Of a stretch of 64,000 nt of DNA, positions 58,083-64,000 are shown piece by piece (positions within the stretch are counted from its first letter, which is position 1; each line of letters opens with the position of its first letter). The stretch spans positions 38,366 to 102,365 of the forward strand of contig JBBDRO010000032.1 in the NCBI GenBank assembly GCA_040905425.1, in the 5' to 3' direction. Source of the DNA: Gemmatimonadota bacterium. GTDB taxonomy: Bacteria > Gemmatimonadota > Gemmatimonadetes > Longimicrobiales > RSA9. Position numbers and translations under genes: made by a program. The notes under the pieces were generated by a model, which was not told the DNA's origin, made no database searches, and saw only the letters and a program-made list of their open reading frames with translations.

Positions 58083-60140
58083 TTAAAAGATCCGGCGCAG
58101 GCCTTGTACGATGCGGTTGAAGAGCCCGTCGGACCCGTGCAGCGGGCAGTATTCGGTGGGCTCGGTGCCGGGCAGGAAGTACTCCACGCGCAGATCCTGC
58201 GGCGGGCAGGCGTCCGTGGCCAGGCCACCCGTGACCGCGTCGATGGGAGCGCTCACGAGCCCCGCCGGTGGCTGCCAGGGCCCTGGTGCCGGACGCTCGG
58301 CATAGGCGGCTTTCATGATCTCGGTCCAGACCGGCGCGGCCAGGGTGCCGCCGTAGGCGGTGGGCAGGATGGTCTTCGGCGTGTCGAAACCGAGCCACAC
58401 CGCACCGGCCAGCTCCGGAGTCATGCCCACGAACCAGACGTCCCGGGCATCATTGGTGGTGCCCGTCTTGCCGGCGGCCGGGAGCCAGAAGCCCTCTTTG
58501 CGTACCACGGTGGCCGTGCCGCGGTCGACCACGTCCTCCATCAGGCTCACCGTGAGAAACGCCACGCCGGCATCCACCGCGGCGGCCTCGGCCGCGGGTG
58601 CCTGCCAGAGGATGCGGCCCCGGTTGTCTTCCACGCGCGTGATGAGGGTGGGCCGTACCCGGTTGCCGCCATTGCCCAGGGTGGCGTACGCCGCCACCAG
58701 TTCGGCGGCGCTCACCTCCGCGGAGCCCAGGAAGATGGACGGGTAATCGGGGATGGGCGTGGTGATGCCCAGGGCGCGTGCCATGCGGATGACACGGTCC
58801 GTGCCCGCCCACTGACCCACCCGCACGGCGCCATTGTTGGAGGAGAGCGCCAGGGCGCTGCGCACCGTGAGCGATTTCACCGTGTCGGGGGCCAGGTCCT
58901 CGGGCCGCCAGGTGCCCTGCGTGCCCACCACGCTGACCGGACCCGTCTCGATGCGGGCGCTGGCCGGCAGGCCCGCCTCCAGCGCCGCCGCGTAGACGAT
59001 CGGCTTGAAGGCGGAGCCCGGCTGGCGGCGCGCCTGCAGCGCGCGATCGTAGGAGGAGTGCGTGAAATCGCGCCCGCCCACCAGGGCACGCACCGCACCG
59101 GTGCGCGTGTCCACGATGATCGCCGTGCCCTGCAGGTAGGGCGAGCCGCTGCCCTCGGCGGGCGCCAGGGCGCCCTCGGGGCGGGCATGCGGATAGCTGC
59201 CGAAGCCACCGTTCTCCACGCGCTCGATCTGGGCCACGAGTGCGGCGTGCGCGGCACGCTGGATGAGTGGGTCGATCCCGGTGAAGACCCGGAGGCCCTG
59301 GACGTCGGCGTCCGTACCGAAACGCTCGCGCAACTCCTCGCGCACGGCGGCGACCACGTAGGGTGCGGAGCCGCCCGCCTCCCGCGGCGGCGCCAGGTCG
59401 AGCGGCGCCTCCGCGGCCGTACGGCGCTCCTCCTCGGTGATGAGGCCTTCGCGCGTCATGACGCTCAGCACCACGTTGCGCCGCTGAATGGCGCGCATGG
59501 GGTGCTTGCGGGGATTGTAGCCCTCGGGGCTCTTCACCAGGCCCACGAGCAGCGCTGACTGGGGGAGCGTGAGCTGGCGCGCGCTGCGTCGGAAATAACC
59601 CTGCGCCGCTTCCTCCACGCCATAGAGGCCATCCCCCATGTAGACCTGGTTGATATAGCGCTCCAGGATCTGGCGCTTGCTGAACCGCCGCTCGATGGCG
59701 CCGGCCAGCTGGACCTCACACATCTTCCGGCGCAGCTTCTTGGCGCGGGGCAGTTCCTCCGGGAAGACGTTGCGGGCAAGCTGCATGGTGATGGTGCTGA
59801 AGCCTTCCGCAAAGGAAAGGCTCTTCAGGTTGGCCACCACGGCGCGTGGCACGGCGCGGTAGTCCACGCCGCCGTGCTGGAAGAAGCGGCGGTCTTCCAC
59901 GGCCACGAAGCCGCCCGAGACCGCGCGCGGCACCTCGTCCAGCTCCACCACGATGCGGCGGTAGGGCGAGAGGTCGGCCAGGCGCGAGCCGTCCAGGGCC
60001 AGGATGCGCGTGGCCTCCGGCGGGCGATACGTGGCAAAGCGGGAGACGGGAGGACAGTCGCGGGTCCCGACCTCCCCGCCGCCACAGGCGGAGAGGGTCA
60101 GGGCCAGCAGCCCGGCCGTCATCGGCGTCCTGATTCTCAT
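58083..60140 (-). CDS. bifunctional class A penicillin-binding protein (PBP1A-type)
   Basis: 685 aa from ATG 60140, with lipobox/signal LALTLSAC; glycosyltransferase EDRRFFQHGGVD; transpeptidase SAFKP (SxxK) and KTGTT. Confidence 0.92.
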   Translation of the reverse strand: MRIRTPMTAGLLALTLSACGGGEVGTRDCPPVSRFATYRPPEATRILALDGSRLADLSPYRRIVVELDEVPRAVSGGFVAVEDRRFFQHGGVDYRAVPRAVVANLKSLSFAEGFSTITMQLARNVFPEELPRAKKLRRKMCEVQLAGAIERRFSKRQILERYINQVYMGDGLYGVEEAAQGYFRRSARQLTLPQSALLVGLVKSPEGYNPRKHPMRAIQRRNVVLSVMTREGLITEEERRTAAEAPLDLAPPREAGGSAPYVVAAVREELRERFGTDADVQGLRVFTGIDPLIQRAAHAALVAQIERVENGGFGSYPHARPEGALAPAEGSGSPYLQGTAIIVDTRTGAVRALVGGRDFTHSSYDRALQARRQPGSAFKPIVYAAALEAGLPASARIETGPVSVVGTQGTWRPEDLAPDTVKSLTVRSALALSSNNGAVRVGQWAGTDRVIRMARALGITTPIPDYPSIFLGSAEVSAAELVAAYATLGNGGNRVRPTLITRVEDNRGRILWQAPAAEAAAVDAGVAFLTVSLMEDVVDRGTATVVRKEGFWLPAAGKTGTTNDARDVWFVGMTPELAGAVWLGFDTPKTILPTAYGGTLAAPVWTEIMKAAYAERPAPGPWQPPAGLVSAPIDAVTGGLATDACPPQDLRVEYFLPGTEPTEYCPLHGSDGLFNRIVQGLRRIF

Positions 60141-60156
60141 ACGCGGTGGTACACCG

Positions 60157-60885
60157 TTAGAGCAGCATCCTTCCACCGTCCAGCACGAGCGTCTGACCGG
60201 TGGTGAAATCGCCCCGCAGAAGGTAGAGCAGCGCGTCCGCCGCATCCTGGGGCCGTCCTGCGCGCGCGGTTACCCGGCGTTCCCGGCCACCGGCGTTGTC
60301 CGTGCCGTCCCAGTCGGGGGGCGGCAGTACCGTACCCGGCGCGATGGCGTTGACCCGGATGGTGGGGGCCAGCGCTCGCGCCAGCACCTTCGTGAGATGC
60401 ACGAGGCCGGCCTTGGCCACGGCGTGATGCGCGAAGGCCGGCCACGCCTGAAAAGCGGACAGGTCCACGATGTTGACGATGGCGCCACCCCCCTCCCGGA
60501 GATAGGGCACGGCGGCCTGGCTGAGCAGGAAGGGAGCGCGCAGGTTCAGCCCCATCACCCGGTCCCAGTCGGCGGCGCTGATCTCCTCCACCGGCGCCGA
60601 CTCGAAGAGGCTGGCGCTGTTCACCAGCACGTCCAGGCCGCCGAGTGCCGCGGTGGCTTCCTCGATGAGGGGGTCGCAGGCCCCGGCCTGGCTCAGGTCC
60701 GCCTGGATGGGGATGGCGCGGATGCCCAGTTCGTTGGCGTCGGCGGCGGTCGATTGAGCGGCGTCGTGCGACGCGTTGTAATGTACCGCCACGTCCATCC
60801 CCGCCTCGGCCAGCGCCAGGACGAACGCGCGGCCCAGGCGGTGGGCGCCGCCGGTGACGAGCGCCGCGCGACCTGCCAACTCCAT
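60157..60885 (-). CDS. SDR family oxidoreductase (pteridine-reductase-like)
   Basis: 242 aa; ALVTGGAHRLGRA, NSAS, and a YxxxK-equivalent region (HHAVAKAG). Confidence 0.8.
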   Translation of the reverse strand: MELAGRAALVTGGAHRLGRAFVLALAEAGMDVAVHYNASHDAAQSTAADANELGIRAIPIQADLSQAGACDPLIEEATAALGGLDVLVNSASLFESAPVEEISAADWDRVMGLNLRAPFLLSQAAVPYLREGGGAIVNIVDLSAFQAWPAFAHHAVAKAGLVHLTKVLARALAPTIRVNAIAPGTVLPPPDWDGTDNAGGRERRVTARAGRPQDAADALLYLLRGDFTTGQTLVLDGGRMLL

Positions 60886-60974
60886 CGATGCCTCGCTGGT
60901 GAACGGGGAGAACGAGCCGGTGGAACACTAGTAGCGGTATGGCGGCGCAGCAATCACATAACCGGAGGAGGAGC

Positions 60975-61703
60975 ATGAAGGACATACGAGGCAAGGCCGC
61001 CATCGTCACCGGAGGCACCCGGGGCATCGGGCGCGCCATCGCGCTTGATCTGCTGCGCGCGGGGCTGGACGTTGTGGTGGCCGCCCGCACGATCGCGCAC
61101 GTGGAGGAGGTGCCCGCCCGCCTGATGGAGGAAGCGGGGCAGGGCGGGGGTCGGGCGCTGGGTGTGCGCGCGGACGTCTCCAGCAGGGCGGATTGCGAGC
61201 GCTTGGTGGCGGAGGCGGTGGACGCCTTCGGCCGGCTCGACGTGCTGGTCAACAACGCCGGCATCGGCCGCTTTGCCCCTGTGGCCGAGATGGATCCCGC
61301 CGACTGGGACGCGGTGCAGGGCACGAACGTGGACTCGCTCTTCTACATGACGCACGCGGCGCTGCCCCATCTGCAGCAGGCGGGCGGTTCGTGGATCATC
61401 AACATCGGCTCACTGGCCGGCAAGAACGCCTTTCCCGGGGGCGCGGCCTACAATGCCAGCAAGTTCGCGCTCATCGGCTTCAGTGAGGCGCTGATGCAGG
61501 AGGTGCGGCATGACGGCGTGCGCGTCAGCTACATCATGCCCGGCAGCGTGGCCACGGATTTTGCCCATCCGGAAGCGGGGGCGGATGACTGGAAGATCCA
61601 GCCGGAGGACGTGGCCGCGCTGGTCATGGACCTCCTGGCCATGCCGCAGCGTACGCTGCCCAGCCGCATCGAGGTGCGGCCGTCGGCGCCGCCGAAGAAG
61701 TAG
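60975..61703 (+). CDS. SDR family oxidoreductase (FabG-like)
   Basis: 242 aa from ATG 60975, preceded by GGAGGAGGAG; AIVTGGTRGIGRA, NNAG, and YNASK catalytic motif. Confidence 0.85.
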   Translation: MKDIRGKAAIVTGGTRGIGRAIALDLLRAGLDVVVAARTIAHVEEVPARLMEEAGQGGGRALGVRADVSSRADCERLVAEAVDAFGRLDVLVNNAGIGRFAPVAEMDPADWDAVQGTNVDSLFYMTHAALPHLQQAGGSWIINIGSLAGKNAFPGGAAYNASKFALIGFSEALMQEVRHDGVRVSYIMPGSVATDFAHPEAGADDWKIQPEDVAALVMDLLAMPQRTLPSRIEVRPSAPPKK

Positions 61704-61718
61704 GAGGCGGAGGCACCC

Positions 61719-62717
61719 GTGAGCGCCGTGACTCCACAGGTCACCATCATCATCCCGTGCTACAATTACGGCCGCTACGTGGGGGAGGCGGTGGCGAGCG
61801 CCCTGGCACAGGATGCGGCGCCGCCGTTCGAGGTGGTCGTGGTGGACGATGGATCGACCGATGAAACCGAGGAAGTGCTGGCGGGGTTTACGGACCCCCG
61901 CCTGCGGGTCATCAGGCATCCATCCAACCGGGGTCTACTTCGTACCCTCGAAACGGCGCTCGGCGCGGCCGGCGGCACGTTCGTGGCCCGCCTGGATGCG
62001 GATGATCGCCTGCGCCCGCATTTCCTGCGTACCACCGTGCCCTGCTTTGCCGGGCACCCCCGGACAGGTGTGGTCTGGGGTGACGTGGCCCTCATGGACC
62101 AGCGAGGGGGCGTCACCTTCCCGCGGGCCGCCGGTCCGCATGGCCGCGAGGCCTTCGTGGGCAACGAATTCCTGCGCCTGCTCGAGCGTAACGTGGTGCC
62201 GGTGCCGGGCATGATCGCCCGCCGTGAATGCTGGCTCGAGCTGTTGCCGATCCCACCGGTGGATTTTGTGGATGACTGGTACTTCACGCTGAACATGGCC
62301 CGCCGGTGGGATTTCCATTATCTGCCCCGGGTGCTGGCCGACTATCGCGTGCATGGCGCCAATCAACACACGAGCGCCGCCCGCACGGGACGTGAGGAAG
62401 AAGCCGTGCGGGCCATTCTGGACGCCGTGTTCGCGGTTCAGGAAGCGGACCCGGAACTGGACGAGGCCAAGCGAGCATCACGCCGGATGGTGTACGCCGG
62501 GCACGCCGTTCAAGCCGGCGAGAAGTACTTCGGCTTCGACGACTTCGGGAGCGCGCGCCGCTGCTATCTGCGGGCGCTGCGACTGGACCCGTCCTCCGTG
62601 CTGCGCGGTCCCGTGTTGAGACACCTGGCGGGAACGCTGTTGGGCCAGCGCGGCTACGCCGCCGTGAAGGCGGCTGCCAGGCGCATGTCGAGGAAGCATG
62701 GGGAGGCCGGCCGCTGA
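61719..62717 (+). CDS. family 2 glycosyltransferase
   Basis: 332 aa; [25 protein letters not shown], and ARLDADD (DxD). Confidence 0.85.
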   Translation: MSAVTPQVTIIIPCYNYGRYVGEAVASALAQDAAPPFEVVVVDDGSTDETEEVLAGFTDPRLRVIRHPSNRGLLRTLETALGAAGGTFVARLDADDRLRPHFLRTTVPCFAGHPRTGVVWGDVALMDQRGGVTFPRAAGPHGREAFVGNEFLRLLERNVVPVPGMIARRECWLELLPIPPVDFVDDWYFTLNMARRWDFHYLPRVLADYRVHGANQHTSAARTGREEEAVRAILDAVFAVQEADPELDEAKRASRRMVYAGHAVQAGEKYFGFDDFGSARRCYLRALRLDPSSVLRGPVLRHLAGTLLGQRGYAAVKAAARRMSRKHGEAGR

Positions 62718-62806
62718 GCCGCGGGGCTCGCGCGCGCCACGCTCCGCCCCCATCATGGATCACCCAACCGAACGAACGATCCGGCCGCGTGCCGGAAGGA
62801 GATTTC

Positions 62807-64000
62807 ATGGGCACGGACGAGACCCGCACCGAAAAGGATTCCCTGGGTGAGATGCGCGTCCCCGCCGACGCGCTCTGGGGCGCGCAGACGCAGCGCGCCG
62901 TGGAGAACTTCCCCATCAGCGAGCTACGTTTCCCGCGCGCCTTCATCGCCGCGCTGGGCGCCATCAAGCGCGCCGCCGCGGAGACCAACGCCGATCTCGG
63001 CCTGCTGGACGAGGACATTGCCCGCCACATCGCGGCCGCCGCGGCCGAGGTGGCCGCCGGTGACCATGACGGCCACTTCGTGGTGGACATCTTCCAGACG
63101 GGCAGTGGCACGTCCACCAACATGAACGCCAACGAGGTCATTGCCCGGCGCGCCAGCCAGCTCGGCCAGGGGGACGGCCGCAGCGTCCACCCCAACGACC
63201 ACGTGAACGCCGGGCAGTCCTCCAACGACGTGATCCCCACCGCCATGCAGGTGGCCGCCTGCGTGGCCATCCGGGAGCGGCTGCTGCCCGGCCTCGAGCA
63301 CCTCGAACGCGCCCTGGAGGACAAGGCGCGCCAGTTCGACCACGTGGTCAAGTCCGGTCGGACGCACCTGATGGACGCCACGCCGGTGCGCCTGGGCCAG
63401 GAGTTCGGCGGTTTTGCCGCCCAGGTGCGGCAGAGCCGCCGGCGCCTGGAGGAGGCGTTGGCCGACCTGGCCGAGTTGCCGCTGGGCGGCACGGCCGTGG
63501 GGACCGGCATCAACACGCACCCGGAGTTCGCCGAGCGCGCCATCGCGCGGCTCAGCGCCGCCACCGGGATGGAGTTCCGCGAGGCCGCGGATCACTTCGA
63601 GCGCCAGGCCACCCGTGACACCGTGGTCTACGCGCACGGCGCGCTGAACACGCTGGCCGTCTCCCTCTTCAAGATTGCCAACGACATCCGCTGGCTCGGG
63701 AGCGGTCCGCGCGCCGGCCTCTTCGAGATCTCCCTGCCCGCCATCCAGCCGGGCTCCAGCATCATGCCCGGCAAGGTGAATCCGGTGATCCCCGAGGCCG
63801 TGACCATGGTGGCGGCGCAGGTCATGGGCAATCACACCACCATCACCGTGGGCGGTCTGGGCAGCTTCTTCGAACTGAACGTCATGATGCCGGGCATGAC
63901 GCACGCGCTGCTGCAGTCCATCGAGTTAATGGCCGCCGTGGCGCCGGTCTTCGCCGCCAAGTGCATTGCCGGCATCACGGTGAACGAGGAGCGCTGCCGC
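62807..64000 (+). CDS. fumarate hydratase class II / aspartate ammonia-lyase family protein (3' end outside the window)
   Basis: Not in the ORF track because it runs off the window. ATG 62807 is preceded by [55 protein letters not shown] and the [11 protein letters not shown] signature are present. FumC-like and AspA/AspB-like residues are mixed. Confidence 0.85.
   Translation, partial: MGTDETRTEKDSLGEMRVPADALWGAQTQRAVENFPISELRFPRAFIAALGAIKRAAAETNADLGLLDEDIARHIAAAAAEVAAGDHDGHFVVDIFQTGSGTSTNMNANEVIARRASQLGQGDGRSVHPNDHVNAGQSSNDVIPTAMQVAACVAIRERLLPGLEHLERALEDKARQFDHVVKSGRTHLMDATPVRLGQEFGGFAAQVRQSRRRLEEALADLAELPLGGTAVGTGINTHPEFAERAIARLSAATGMEFREAADHFERQATRDTVVYAHGALNTLAVSLFKIANDIRWLGSGPRAGLFEISLPAIQPGSSIMPGKVNPVIPEAVTMVAAQVMGNHTTITVGGLGSFFELNVMMPGMTHALLQSIELMAAVAPVFAAKCIAGITVNEERCR

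Noticed and set aside
62284-63904. Two long minus-strand ORFs (62284..63564 and 62924..63904)
   Set aside because: They are antisense to the GT2 end and to the fumarase/aspartase-family gene. That gene is absent from the track only because it runs off the window, and it carries the [11 protein letters not shown] signature.

Overview
A 64-kb stretch of a very GC-rich bacterial chromosome, about 70% GC by eye. The phylum cannot be fixed from the sequence alone. The gene content and many NHL/beta-propeller lipoproteins would fit Gemmatimonadota-like organisms, but that is a guess. All family assignments come from motif recognition in the supplied translations; no database search was run.

Most of the window is housekeeping:
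- cytochrome c plus cupredoxin, and an IPMDH-family dehydrogenase
- thiolase / hbd / crotonase
- SPFH protein, NSS transporter, ssb, class IV aminotransferase, BtpA, a double M16 peptidase
- recF-DUF721-gyrB and rho
- mqnA next to an Mla/MCE transporter, then lysC-asd
- a Nudix protein, an AI-2E transporter, a TrxR-type FNR and trxB
- feoAB, PBP1A, two SDRs, a GT2 and a partial fumarase/aspartase-family lyase

I saw no rRNA, tRNA, CRISPR array, transposase or integrase. Many long ORFs in the track are antisense or extension shadows typical of high-GC DNA, and I rejected them.

Observations most worth a second look:
1. A secreted thioredoxin-fold redoxin has an in-frame TGA exactly at the first Cys of its WCPYC motif, with a SECIS-like hairpin just downstream. 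This is a candidate selenoprotein that the ORF track splits in two.
2. gyrB carries two inteins. One is a natural mini-intein at EGDSAGG|S. The other is a 572-aa Ser1/Thr+1 LAGLIDADG intein with an XRE-like HTH insert at IIM|TDADVDG.
3. An over-represented motif, (TTT)TCAAGCGACG / TAAGCGACG, sits at gene ends, repeatedly supplies the stop codon, and has no known role.
4. An accessory region (25.2-35.5 kb) holds five paralogous NHL-type lipoprotein genes with a vWA protein and an M28 peptidase.
   - Three of the genes form a translationally coupled tandem array with near-identical 5' blocks and divergent bodies.
   - One is a lower-GC gene bracketed by 25-26-bp direct repeats directly after gyrB.
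5. Two uncharacterised, translationally coupled paralogous genes lie upstream of feoAB.
6. A Nudix hydrolase has a roughly 180-aa Arg/Gly-rich basic N-terminal region.
7. One AI-2E transporter gene appears disrupted by a deletion and frameshift.
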